The notes: a model not told the origin generated them from the letters alone. DNA of 64,000 nucleotides from Candidatus Krumholzibacteriota bacterium (GCA_963764625.1 CAVXTH010000009.1:480001-544000), one strand, 5' to 3'. Positions 10,075 through 20,151 are shown, counted from the stretch's first letter. Numbers and translations are program-made.

Positions 10075-11100
10075 ATGCGATTCAGTCAGCCGGAAAGGAT
10101 GGAGATCATCCGCCTGGTCGAGGAGTCGGAGCTGGGAGTGAAGCAAACGCTGCAGGAGCTGGATGTTCCTCGGAGTACCTTCTACCGCTGGTATCGGCGC
10201 TACGAGGAGGCAGGCTACGAGGGCCTGGCCTTGAGGCAATCAGCGCGGCAATTCTGGAATCGGATTCCCGATCCTGAGAGGCAGCAGGTTGTGGAAACAG
10301 CGCTGGAGAAGCCCGAGATGAGCCCCCGGGAGCTGGCCTGGCACATCACGGATACCCAGGGGCTGTACATCTCCGAGTCCAGCGTCTACCGCATCCTGAA
10401 GGACTTCGATCTGGTGACCAGTCCGCACTACATCGTGATGCACGCCGCGGATGAGTTTGCGCGGCCGACGCGGGCGATCCACGAGCTGTGGCAGACGGAT
10501 TTCACCTACTTCCGGATCGTCCACTGGGGCTGGTACTACCTGCTGACGATCCTGGACGATTACAGCCGCTACATCATCGCCTGGAAGCTCTATACGGGGA
10601 TGGGGACTGCGGATGTCACCGATCTCCTCGATGAGGCGATCGAGAAGACAGGCGCGGATCACGTGGCGGTGAAACATCGACCCAGGCTGCTTTCGGACAA
10701 TGGACCTTGCTTCGTCTCTCAGGAGCTGAAGGAGTATCTGCAGGCCCATGAGATGAGGCACACCCGTGGCAAGCCCTACCATCCGATGACGCAGGGGAAG
10801 ATCGAGCGTTACCACCGGACGATGAAGAACGTGGTGAAGCTGAAGAACTACTACGCACCGGGGGAGCTGAGCGAAGAGCTCGAGCGCTTCGTCCACTACT
10901 ACAATCACCAGCGCGTCCACGAGTCGCTGAGCAACCTGACCCCGGCTGATGTGTATCTAGGTCGGGGGCGGGAGATCCAGACGGCCCGACAGCGGCTGAA
11001 GACACAGACGCTACGCCGTCGCAAGCGTTACAACAAAGGCCTCAATCCACGGAAGGAGGAGCTGATTCTACCGTCGATCTATCGCGAAAGTGTCCTTTAG
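10075..11100 (+). CDS. IS3 OrfB DDE transposase
   Basis: WQTDFTY...LDDYSRYI...SDNGPCF...QGKIERYHRTMK; -1 frame relative to OrfA. Confidence 0.9.
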   Translation: MRFSQPERMEIIRLVEESELGVKQTLQELDVPRSTFYRWYRRYEEAGYEGLALRQSARQFWNRIPDPERQQVVETALEKPEMSPRELAWHITDTQGLYISESSVYRILKDFDLVTSPHYIVMHAADEFARPTRAIHELWQTDFTYFRIVHWGWYYLLTILDDYSRYIIAWKLYTGMGTADVTDLLDEAIEKTGADHVAVKHRPRLLSDNGPCFVSQELKEYLQAHEMRHTRGKPYHPMTQGKIERYHRTMKNVVKLKNYYAPGELSEELERFVHYYNHQRVHESLSNLTPADVYLGRGREIQTARQRLKTQTLRRRKRYNKGLNPRKEELILPSIYRESVL

Positions 11101-11139
11101 CAATCGGCGCAATTTGTCTCATTCAGTTGACGACGTACA

Positions 11140-11398
11140 GGGCTTTATGGGGCAGATAGCCGCTTGATCTGCCGGAGGAGGCGTTACGACGCAGCTCCCG
11201 TGAGATCGTCGAGGGAGACCGACCGAGTTGAGCCGCGATCGCTCTCATCGGCAGGTCCTGGCCCTTGAGGATCGCCAGACGATCCCGCTCCTCTTCGGAC
11301 AAGTGCTTGTAGTGTTTAGACATAATCCGCGCATTCTAGCGCGGAAGTCGCTAAGCCAGAAGTGTTGCACTTGCTTATTGAACTCGGGGTAGGGACAG
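11140..11398 (-). mobile_element. Second IS30 left-end fragment, inverted, truncated by IS3
   Basis: Reverse complement of 7195-7453, same MSKHYKHLSEEERD start at 11323. Confidence 0.9.
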
Positions 11399-11772
11399 AC
11401 GCTGGTCACCCGACGACCAGAGCTGCCAAGGCAAATTTCAAACTTTACATGACTCAAGACTGGACGTATTATCCCCAAGAACCGGACAGCGCTCCCTTCC
11501 ATCGTCCGGTATTGGCTCTCACTCATGATGAAATCGTGGTCTAGGGACCAGGGCCACCCCACTCAAGAGTCTCTCGGAGTATGAGAGTTCTCTCTGAGCA
11601 GGCGTACGCTGAGTGCTGCTCTAAAGGAGGCAGAGACTTCGCTTGGCCCTCGTTGCCAAAATTAGGGTAGTGATAAATCGATGAGCTACCGCTTCGCCGC
11701 GACTTAGGGGAAATCTCACTTGCCTATGACACTGGTACTACTTGGACCAGGGAACACTGAAGGGAGAATCGC

Positions 11773-12375
11773 GTGAAGTACTTACCTTTTGTAATGCTGA
11801 TTGTCCTATCAATCGCATGTGCAAGTGCAACAGTCGCTACAGCACAATGTGAATGGTGCACTAGCATTGATGAGGAAGCTTGGTGTATCAACAACCCGAC
11901 CGGCTATGTTCTCTGCCAAACTCAAGGCGGCGGCTGTGTTTTCTCGGGCGGTACCTGTCCTTCTGGGGGTGGAAGTGGTTGCTTCCTGGAGGGGACCATG
12001 ATTTTGACTCCAAGCGGCGAAAGGCCCATCGAGTCGATCAAGACCGGTGAGTTCGTCGTCGGGAGATGTGGTGACGGCGGCACATGCGCCGAGAAGGTCA
12101 AGGCCACGATGAAGTTTCTTGCCAATGGATACTTAAGAATTAACGATGTTATTGAAGTGACTCCGACACATCCCTTCTGGGTCGGCGGCAAATGGATTCA
12201 GGCGGGCGAGCTGAAGCCTGGTGATGAACTGGAGAGTGATCAAGGGGAGAGAATGAAGGTCGCATCAATCGAATGGATCAACAAGGGTGTGCGTGTGTTG
12301 AATTTGGACGTGGGGATGAGTTCAACGTTTTATGCGAACGACATTCTTGTGCACAACAAGGAAATCATAAAGTAG
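11773..12375 (+). CDS. Secreted Cys-rich peptide fused to a Hint (intein-like) domain
   Basis: Signal peptide, 6-Cys segment, G-rich linker, then CFLEGT...TPTHPF...VLNLDV...FYANDILVHNK. Confidence 0.85.
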   Translation: MKYLPFVMLIVLSIACASATVATAQCEWCTSIDEEAWCINNPTGYVLCQTQGGGCVFSGGTCPSGGGSGCFLEGTMILTPSGERPIESIKTGEFVVGRCGDGGTCAEKVKATMKFLANGYLRINDVIEVTPTHPFWVGGKWIQAGELKPGDELESDQGERMKVASIEWINKGVRVLNLDVGMSSTFYANDILVHNKEIIK

Positions 12376-12485
12376 GTTCAGAAGCGGTATCTGTTGCATC
12401 CCAGTGCCACGTAGCTGGGGTGCAACACATAACTTTGATTTGCGAGCGCCATCGGACTCTTAGAGGGCGACCTTAGGGGGCACAA

Positions 12486-13547
12486 ATGAAAGCCACATTG
12501 CTTGCTGTCACATTGCTCTTCATCCAACTTCTCCTGCTCAACTCGCTGAAAGCAGGCGAGATATCTTGGGTGGAGCCGCGTGAGGCCCTACTCAAGCCGG
12601 ATTTGGTTGTTGGGGACAGTGAGAAGGAAGATGGCGTTCTGATAGGACGTGTCAACAATGTCGTGGTCGATTCACAGGGCAATTTCTACGTAGGCGATTA
12701 TGGCTTCATGTGGATTGCGTGCTTCTCAGATTCTGGAAAGTTTCTGAGAAAATTCGGATCAAAGGGCGAGGGCCCCGGTGAACTAATGAGACCATTTGTA
12801 ATGGCAATCGATAGCCGCAATCGCCTGGTGTTCGCAGGAAATGGAGGACGTGTCACGCTGCTCGACACGGAAGGAACGTTTCTCGATGAATTCACTCGAG
12901 AGGGACGAGGCTCCTTCACCTATTCTCTGCAGTTTGATTCGTTAGGAGATCTTTACGTAGTTGCGCCAGATATTTTGAACCAGCAGATGATTCATGTCTA
13001 CACGCCCCAGTGGAAGTACTTGAGATCATTCGGGGATACATATGCTGTCGGAACCAAGGAAGATACAAGGACGGAAGGTCTCTACGCATCGGGCTTTCTT
13101 TCAATAGGAACCGATGATGCGTTGTATTACGTTCAAACGTCACCCTACTTACTCCGTAAGTACAAGAGCGATGGAACTCTTGTGGCCTCGACGAATCAAG
13201 GCGTGGGAGAGTTTGTACCCAAGCCACCCGAGGTGGACTATACGGGAGCAACTATCGACGTAAAATACATTGGGGGTAGCACTGGAATCGTAGTGAGTCC
13301 TAATGAAGTGGTGATCACCACGGCCTACAGAAAGACTGAGGAAGGGGAAACAGAAAGTCTTATCCTCTTTCACGATTCGCAACTTCGACTGCTTGCCAGG
13401 CTACCGAAGAGAGGATATTGCCGCGTGGTTGGGTGCGATCATGAGGGGCGCATCTTTTTGGTGTCAAGAGCTGGGGATGTCCCCCTACTGACACGATACA
13501 GGCTGTCCTTCGAGAAGAGAGTTTCAGCAGCGTCCCGACAAGAGTAG
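12486..13547 (+). CDS. Secreted 6-bladed beta-propeller (NHL-repeat) protein
   Basis: VDSQGNFYVGD...FSDSGKFLRKFGSKGEGPGEL. Confidence 0.8.
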   Translation: MKATLLAVTLLFIQLLLLNSLKAGEISWVEPREALLKPDLVVGDSEKEDGVLIGRVNNVVVDSQGNFYVGDYGFMWIACFSDSGKFLRKFGSKGEGPGELMRPFVMAIDSRNRLVFAGNGGRVTLLDTEGTFLDEFTREGRGSFTYSLQFDSLGDLYVVAPDILNQQMIHVYTPQWKYLRSFGDTYAVGTKEDTRTEGLYASGFLSIGTDDALYYVQTSPYLLRKYKSDGTLVASTNQGVGEFVPKPPEVDYTGATIDVKYIGGSTGIVVSPNEVVITTAYRKTEEGETESLILFHDSQLRLLARLPKRGYCRVVGCDHEGRIFLVSRAGDVPLLTRYRLSFEKRVSAASRQE

Positions 13548-13933
13548 GCGGGGTATGCATGGAGAAGTGGCGGCGCAAACGAGCGGACCGCTAGCCCCTG
13601 ACATGCGCCCGGTGGTGAAGCGCCAGACTTACCAGAATGAAGGCTTGGTGAGTATGAGGTCCAGGGAGGATTGATTGGAAGGTTGTCGTGAGCATGGCCT
13701 GTCCAACAGAGACTGTCTGTAATCGCCGGTCCAATACTGCGGCGGGCGCCGGTCGAAAACCGCGGCATCGTGACCTTGAGATATGCACTCGGAGCGCGCC
13801 AAATTTGTCGGGTCTACAGGTTTCGCGTAACTGGTGCTGTGGCACCGACATCACTTTTTGCGTGGTTAATATTCCGTTACAGTGTAACCGGTCGCTCTAG
13901 GGAGTCTTGCGTTCTCGGTTTTGTCGCGGATTC

Positions 13934-15502
13934 CTATCTCTCATCTGCGATGGAGCGCATGGGATCGTCAGCGAAGTTCTCTTTCCACAGCCTCGGGGTC
14001 AGCTGATGGACCTTGTTGGCGGGGTGCGTTGCGATCCGCTGCAGCACATCGACCAGGTAGACGTAGGGATCGATCTCGTGCATGCGACAGGTTCGTAGTA
14101 AACTCTGGACCACGGCCACCTGCTGCGCTCCCATCTCCGTCCAACAAAAGAGCCAGTTTTTTCTTCCCAACGCAATCGGCCTGATCTCACGCTCGAGATG
14201 ATTCGTGTCCAAAGGCACGTCGGGATTCTCGAGAAATACCCTCAAGGCCTTCTCTCGATCCAGCGTGTAATGTGCCGCTTTGGTAAATAGGCTGCTGGGT
14301 AAGAGCAAGTGATCGTGAAAGGCCTCGGCAAGCCACGCAAAGAAGCGATCGACAGTCGGTTTACAATGTACCGCCCGGTAAAGCAGCGCCTTCTCTTCGG
14401 ACCGATGCTTCTCCTTTAGAATCGATTCGTGCTTGTACAGCTCGGCAATCCAATCCAGAGCCTTCTTTGCCAAAGCCGGCTCGCTCGCTTCGGCCTGCAC
14501 AAACTTGCGGCGAGTGTGACTCCAACACTGCGCGCGGGTGACACCCTCGCTTGCTTTTGCAAAGCGCTCGTAGGCCTCATAGCCATCGCTCAGGAGCACA
14601 CCCTGGTAGGCTCCCAGTGCCTCGTGAATCACCCGCGTCGCCCGCGTTGCAGCAAAGACGAAGGCGATCTCCTTCTTCTCACCGAAGATCGGCCAAAAGT
14701 AGCCGGTCTTCATCTTCCCCTTGCCCTTACGCCCCGCCTTGATCGGCGTTTCGTCCATGGCCAGCACCTGACTGTCGAGGATCGAGGAGAGCTGGGCCTG
14801 GTAGAGGGGCACCAGGAGCTCGCTGGTGCGCTGCGCCCAATTGGTCAGCGTGGAGCGACTGAGGTGGACCCCGGCCTGCTCCATGCGCTGGTGCTGGCGA
14901 TAAAGGGGTAAGTGATACACAAACTTATCGATGAGTGTACACGCTAAGACGCTCACGTCGGCCACACAGCGTTCGAGCACGGTAGGAGGGAAGTCGGGCG
15001 CAAGGAAGGCCCCATTGTCCTTGCGTTTGATCACGGGTCTGCGGTAGCGCACGATCTCGTAGGTAGCGGGCTTCTGGAGAAGACGGCTCGTGGTCTTGTG
15101 GCCGACAATATCATAGCTACCAGGATCGAGGGCCTCAGCCTCGGGGCACGCGAGAGTTTCCTCCCGCACCGGCAGTGAAGGGTCAAATCGAAGTTTGGTG
15201 CTGTCACTGGGCCCAGAAAACCGTTTGCGCCGGGCATGGCCTTCGACTTTGGTCTCCTCCACGGGTGTGGCCTCTATGGCCTGAAGGCTTTCTCCCAGGG
15301 ACAGCTGGCGGGATTCATCGAGGGTCAGGCGGCGCTCGGACTTCTCCCCGAAGAGCTGGCGTTTGAACCAATCGAGTTGGTGCTGCAGCTCGTCGATGCG
15401 CTCAGTAAGTTGTTCGTTGGTTTTCTCGATCGCAGTCTTGGCCTCGAGCAGCGCGGCAATCTCTTCGCGGTTCATCGTGTCTGCGCGCTCTAAAGAAGTC
15501 AT
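13934..15502 (-). CDS. tnpC: IS66 transposase TnpC
   Basis: KRQLFGEKSER, HLPLYRQ, MDETP, CWSHTRRKF, DTNHLEREIRPIALGRKNWLF. Confidence 0.95.
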   Translation of the reverse strand: MTSLERADTMNREEIAALLEAKTAIEKTNEQLTERIDELQHQLDWFKRQLFGEKSERRLTLDESRQLSLGESLQAIEATPVEETKVEGHARRKRFSGPSDSTKLRFDPSLPVREETLACPEAEALDPGSYDIVGHKTTSRLLQKPATYEIVRYRRPVIKRKDNGAFLAPDFPPTVLERCVADVSVLACTLIDKFVYHLPLYRQHQRMEQAGVHLSRSTLTNWAQRTSELLVPLYQAQLSSILDSQVLAMDETPIKAGRKGKGKMKTGYFWPIFGEKKEIAFVFAATRATRVIHEALGAYQGVLLSDGYEAYERFAKASEGVTRAQCWSHTRRKFVQAEASEPALAKKALDWIAELYKHESILKEKHRSEEKALLYRAVHCKPTVDRFFAWLAEAFHDHLLLPSSLFTKAAHYTLDREKALRVFLENPDVPLDTNHLEREIRPIALGRKNWLFCWTEMGAQQVAVVQSLLRTCRMHEIDPYVYLVDVLQRIATHPANKVHQLTPRLWKENFADDPMRSIADER

Positions 15503-15511
15503 GCATTCTTT

Positions 15512-15865
15512 CTAGCGCATTTGTGATCTTCTTCCAAGTGGAATCCCATCCAAGAGCAAACGGAACGCCTTCTCGCTCAGCTCCTGTTTCGCCGAGGAAT
15601 CCGGCAGGACAAAGCGGCCGCGTTCGAGGCGTTTCGCAAAGAGACAAAAGCCAGTGCGATCCCAGTACACCAGCTTCAGATAATTGCGGCGGCGGTTGAA
15701 GAAGACGAAGAGCGTCCCCGTGAGCGGGTCTTCTGCGAGCACACTTGTAACCACTCCCAAAAGCCCATCGAACTGTTTGCGCATGTCGACCGGCTCGCGG
15801 TAGGCGAGGATACGAGGGACAGTGGACGAAAACAGCACGCCTAGCTCCGCAGCCGGAGAACGCAT
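15512..15865 (-). CDS. tnpB: IS66 accessory protein TnpB
   Basis: PVDMRKQFDGL...LFVFFNRRRNYLKLVYWDRTGFCLFAKRLERGRF. Confidence 0.95.
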   Translation of the reverse strand: MRSPAAELGVLFSSTVPRILAYREPVDMRKQFDGLLGVVTSVLAEDPLTGTLFVFFNRRRNYLKLVYWDRTGFCLFAKRLERGRFVLPDSSAKQELSEKAFRLLLDGIPLGRRSQMR

Positions 15866-16152
15866 CCGCCGGGCAGCTCGAGCTCGACGGTCCAGGGGGC
15901 AAGCTCTTCCCTTTGCGGAGTGATCTCCACGAAGGACTCCTGCGCAGTCTGCGAATTCGTCTCGGCCAAAGTAACCTCAGAACGGCGTTGCGAACTCCTC
16001 AACTTCCGATGCCAGCGCGCGAAGCTGGCCGCATGGATGTGCTCTCGTTCGCAGAACTTCTCACGGCTCAATCTGCTCTTATCGAAGCTATCGAAGATCT
16101 CCGACCACTCCGCGGCGCTGCGGTGAACCTTACCATCGGCGGTGACTCGCAT
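15841..16152 (-). CDS. tnpA: IS66 accessory protein TnpA
   Basis: RSAAEWSEIFDSFDKSRLSREKFCERE...FVEI...VELELPGGCVLRL. Confidence 0.85.
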   Translation of the reverse strand: MRVTADGKVHRSAAEWSEIFDSFDKSRLSREKFCEREHIHAASFARWHRKLRSSQRRSEVTLAETNSQTAQESFVEITPQREELAPWTVELELPGGCVLRLRS

Positions 16153-16254
16153 GAAATCCTCCTCGTTGGAACTCCAGGACCAATCACCGATCCTGGCTAC
16201 GAAAAGGATGTAGCAAATCATGAGCAGTATGGGAATACTCCCCAGAGTGACCGG

Positions 16255-17331
16255 TTACTTTGCGGCTGCCCACCTGCGTAGCACTCTTCGCTCCATATTC
16301 GCGTACTTCTCAGCTGAACGTACATAGGCAAAAGTTGACATATCCTCATCCTCTGTTGATGTCGTGAATGAATCAACTAGCACATCTTTGGCTGTAGGCC
16401 AAAATGCACTCCAGTGTCCATCAAAGTTTGGAGTACTCGTGACCACATGGAGGATGGAGCTCGGTTCAATTTCCTTGCGTGCATATACGCCAGCCAGCGC
16501 GAGCGCATGGAATCGAAGTCGTCGCAAGAAGCGAAGCTCTGGAGTCTCCTTCGCAGTTCTCTTGCAGTCATCACTGATCCGAAGGTAAAAAGCAAGGGCG
16601 AGGAGGAGTTCACCAAAAGTGTCTTCCGACCAGAGGTTTTCTATTTTTCCATCAACACCAAAAGCACGCTCATATGCTCCACCAGATTCTGCATGTGTCC
16701 AGAGTGATTTGGGAGCGGAATGAATGAGTGTCGGTTCCTCCAAGAACGCATAACGAATCTTGGCCATCTCTTCCAATTTGATGCCTGTGCCAGTGCCGCG
16801 TCTCCCAACAGCACGCTTGCGCACATACTTAATTTTCGGCAGAGGACCGCGGGCCTTGCGATCCTTAAATTGTTTCTCTAGGAACAACTGAATCGGGTCA
16901 TTTGACCTGAAATCCGATACCTTGATTTGATTCTGAGAGTTGTTGAACTGTATGATCTGACGATTGAATCCCTTTTCCGTCTTGTAGTCTTCGCTTTGTG
17001 TCAGTCGAAACAGTACTTCCACTTCTTTCAGTGGAGGCTGGTTCGCCAAGCTGGAGACAGTCTGCGCCCCATTGATTATTTGCATGTTCTCCGCGGTCAG
17101 CCTGTTACCGTCGACATCAAATGATGTGCATATTGCGGACACTCCGTTATTGAAGTAGAAGAACTTCTCTGGATCTTCAGATGCGGTCTGGCCTATTGCT
17201 TTGTTTATCCCCCGATTCCCCAGATATCCCCTTATGTTGAATGCGTAGAGGGAGTGTCGATACTGATTAGCCAAGTTGCGTAGAGAGTTGCCTTTAATAC
17301 AAGCAATGAGAGTTCGATAGGGCTCCTCCTT
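16255..17331 (-). pseudogene. AIPR-family (abortive infection) protein fragment
   Basis: NIRGYLG, FFYFNNGVSAIC, QIINGAQT, NNSQNQIKVSDFRSND; frame is open up to the repeat-4 junction and the stop is supplied by the IS66 end. Confidence 0.8.
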
Positions 17332-17333
17332 CT

Positions 17334-19123
17334 ACGGATAGTGGATTGTATACGGCGCTTTAGCTGAAAAGCGAGCACCGAACTTCAGAACGGGTGCTCT
17401 TTGCGCTGTGTTCTCGGTGCGATGATCACGATGAGGATTGATTGTCGATCCCCGACTCACCCTACCGCAACTCTGTTCGCCCGACATGCGCCCACCTGAG
17501 CGGCTTCCACCTATCCTTGGGCACACCGTACTCCCGACGCTCGTGCCCTTGCGCGTTCGTCGGGAGGCTGAGGGTACTGGTAGGGGTTCATGCTCTTGGC
17601 GGAGCTCGTTGCGCCGTCCCCTCGTGCGGGTCGTTGCCGCCGATCCGTACCAGGTGTCTGAGAATCCGGTCCACCACCGCTGCTTCGTCGATCACCGACA
17701 CGATCTTCATGGTTCCCCCGCACTGCGGGCAGAGCATGGGGTCCAGCTCGAAGATCCTGCGCAGCAGGCGTGCCCAGCTGCGGCTGCGCGCAGTGGACGG
17801 TGCCCTGGCGATCGTCGCGTCCTGGGGGTTGGCTCTTGCCCCTCGGGCCCGGTGCGAGTACCAGCCGTAGTATCTGACCAAATGCTGCCGTGGCGCGGGG
17901 ATCTGGGCGCACAGACGGCGGATCATCTCCAGAACATCGAGTTCGAGATCACGTTGGCCGGTGCTGGGATGGATCGGTGTCCGAACCCGAACCTGCTTGG
18001 CGTCGAGCGGGGTGATCGCGTCGAGCCGGATCGGCGCGCGGGTGATGTATCGCGCGAGATGCTCCTGGCGCTCGGTGTGATCGGGCAGCACCGGCTCGCC
18101 GGCATGGACCCCGAAGCCCGAGTGCTGCCATGACAGGAGCATGGCCTCGGTCTCCTCGCGCAGGCGCTTCGCGCGCCGGAGCTCTTTAAGCACCAGCCGT
18201 CGGAACAGCTCAGTCAGCGTCTTCTGATCCCACCACTCGACGCGCTCAAACCATGGATCGCCGCGGCGCGGTAGGTGGAACGCTCCCTCGGTGATCAGCG
18301 CGTGGACGTGCGGATGGAAGTTCGCGGCGTAGCTGCCGAAGGTCTGGATCGACGCGATTGTGCCCACCTGCGCCCGGGGGTCATCGACCGCCTCGCACAG
18401 CAGGCGCTGGGTCGCCTGGTGCGCGCAGCGCGGAAGGATCGACAACAGTCGGCGCTCCCGCTCGAACAATCCACGGATCACCTTGGGTACCGTGAACACC
18501 ACGTGGCGGTGGGCAACCGGGCTGAGCACCTCCTCGACCAGATGTTCAGCAAAAAGAGCAGCGCGCTTGGCCTGGCAGCTCGGACAGAAGTTGCGGGTCT
18601 GGCAGCTGAACGCCAGCAGGTGCTCGCCGTGACAGTTCGGGCAGCGGATGCGCGCGAAGCCGCCTTCGAGGCGACCGCACTCGAGATACTGGTCAACCAC
18701 GCGTCGCACAACAGCGCGCAAGGGGCCGTACTGGTGCTCGAAGCGCTCGTCGTACTCGCGGAAGAAACGCTCACCGTGGCGGTCGAAGAGTTGGTAGAGC
18801 GCGGTGCGCTCAGGATGGCGGGGCCGGTAGAGCCTGACGAAAGATGCAACCGCGGTACCTGGCAAAATGCCTCCCAGAGAGGGAGGCATTCGCGTGCTTC
18901 GACGCTCCTGCATGGATAGGGGAGGCCAGAGAGCATGGCAACACAACCCTTGTCGAGGTGGCACGGGCTCTTCAGGTGCATGTGATTTCGCGTAGACTTG
19001 GGCCGGCGATCAAGTTTGATGAACTCGCGCCGTTGCTCGTCCGTCGGAAGCCTGGGCGGCATCGTATAGTCGCGCCGTCGCCCCCTTGAAAAACTTCATC
19101 GAAGCCCATTGCACACTCATCTG
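17334..19123 (-). mobile_element. IS91/ISCR-like rolling-circle element, copy 4 (only copy with a full transposase)
   Basis: Conserved end about 250 bp downstream of the transposase stop, ending ...CCACTATCCGT on the minus strand like ISCR oriIS; no terminal IRs or TSD. Confidence 0.9.
17588..18889 (-). CDS. IS91-family HUH transposase with Zn-binding domain
   Basis: CGRLEGGFARIRCPNC...AFSCQTRNFCPSC, HVVFTVPK, HUH motif HPHVH, HLARYITR, LVRYYGWYS; start uncertain (18889 or 18964). Confidence 0.92.
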   Translation of the reverse strand: MPPSLGGILPGTAVASFVRLYRPRHPERTALYQLFDRHGERFFREYDERFEHQYGPLRAVVRRVVDQYLECGRLEGGFARIRCPNCHGEHLLAFSCQTRNFCPSCQAKRAALFAEHLVEEVLSPVAHRHVVFTVPKVIRGLFERERRLLSILPRCAHQATQRLLCEAVDDPRAQVGTIASIQTFGSYAANFHPHVHALITEGAFHLPRRGDPWFERVEWWDQKTLTELFRRLVLKELRRAKRLREETEAMLLSWQHSGFGVHAGEPVLPDHTERQEHLARYITRAPIRLDAITPLDAKQVRVRTPIHPSTGQRDLELDVLEMIRRLCAQIPAPRQHLVRYYGWYSHRARGARANPQDATIARAPSTARSRSWARLLRRIFELDPMLCPQCGGTMKIVSVIDEAAVVDRILRHLVRIGGNDPHEGTAQRAPPRA

Positions 19124-19440
19124 AGGTATATGCAGGGGCGATGCACGGAATTGGTGGGACCTGGGCAAGTCGATTCCAGGGCGTGATGGACGAGTTGGAT
19201 GCGAATACTCCCCCATTGTTCATCTACGACCAACTTCGGGCAGCGTTCCCAGAAGTCAAAACCTATGCCCTTTGGAGGTTGGGCTACTTGCCCGATGAGA
19301 GTGCCACACGCCAACTGATAGAGGATGTTCTGCTCGGTGCTGGGAACTCAGTGGTTGGCAGACTTGCGCCCACATATACCTATGAGCAACTGAGTCTGAA
19401 CAGCGCGGATTACACATCGACGAGTATGTGCGCATCTGAG

Positions 19441-20151
19441 CTATCCCTTCCTCTTATAAAACTGTCTGATTTCGGCCTTAAGTTGACCAAGGCTGCGTGA
19501 GTCTGGCTCCGTCACAAGACTACCTAGCGCAGCACTGCCTTGTTTTCCCGAGGCATGGGCTTGAAGAGCAAGAGCTTCATCGTACCCAGTTTGCCTAAGG
19601 ACAACGCACGAAGCTGTGGATGAACACTCGAGGTATCGGATGAACCCCGCCTTGGCCAAGCCACAAATGGGAGAATTGCGGTATTCCTCCGACCAAGTTT
19701 CTTTCGGGAACACCTCAGGTGGATTCCGAACTAAAACCACGATTACCCTGACTCCAAGTGGTAGGCTTGGATCAGGCCTATTAGAGAATGCTGCCGGCTG
19801 AAAGACTGGTCCACTAGGCGTATCGAATACACCTCGATGCGTGAACAGTTTCACACTATCCCCACATGCTCCAGCCAGGACCTCTTCCACTGCAATGGTA
19901 GCTTCGAGATAGTAGTAGTCCGATGGAGGAAAGAAGAGGGCCTGTTTCGTCGAAACAATTGTACCGACTACCGCAGCTCGCATATCGATCAGAGGTGGGA
20001 ATTCTGGTTCTCCCCGGTGCCCATATCGATGGGCAGAAGGATTGATTACTACGGGCTTGCCTCTTGCCTTGGCGCAAGCTGGAATGAGCCAGCAGCTGGC
20101 TATAACCAACACCTCCGCCAGCAGTAGCCTCCAATATCCCTGCGAGATCAT
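19441..20151 (-). CDS. Putative secreted hypothetical protein
   Basis: MISQGYWRLLLAEVLVIASCWLIPACAKA signal-like start, AT-richer segment; start approximate. Confidence 0.5.
   Translation of the reverse strand: MISQGYWRLLLAEVLVIASCWLIPACAKARGKPVVINPSAHRYGHRGEPEFPPLIDMRAAVVGTIVSTKQALFFPPSDYYYLEATIAVEEVLAGACGDSVKLFTHRGVFDTPSGPVFQPAAFSNRPDPSLPLGVRVIVVLVRNPPEVFPKETWSEEYRNSPICGLAKAGFIRYLECSSTASCVVLRQTGYDEALALQAHASGKQGSAALGSLVTEPDSRSLGQLKAEIRQFYKRKG

Larger units (their letters stand above)
9621..11139 (+). mobile_element. IS3-family insertion sequence
   Basis: TG...CA ends with imperfect IRs (TGCTTGCCGTCAGACTGATTGAGACA / TGTACGTCGTCAACTGAATGAGACA), OrfA/OrfB layout. Confidence 0.9.
13884..16258 (-). 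mobile_element. IS66-family element, complete
   Basis: 22-bp IRs GTAACCGGTCGCTCTAGGGAGT / GTAACCGGTCACTCTGGGGAGT, three ORFs, no 8-bp target duplication. Confidence 0.95.

Noticed and set aside
13590-13883. Possible group II intron, IS110 or IS1182 end remnants (ATGCGCCCGG..., GAGACTGTCTGTAAT)
   Set aside because: Only short resemblances, with no matching partner end or coding remnant.
19141-19500. ORF immediately right of copy 4
   Set aside because: No recognisable motif or start context. It is probably a captured gene fragment and was not called.
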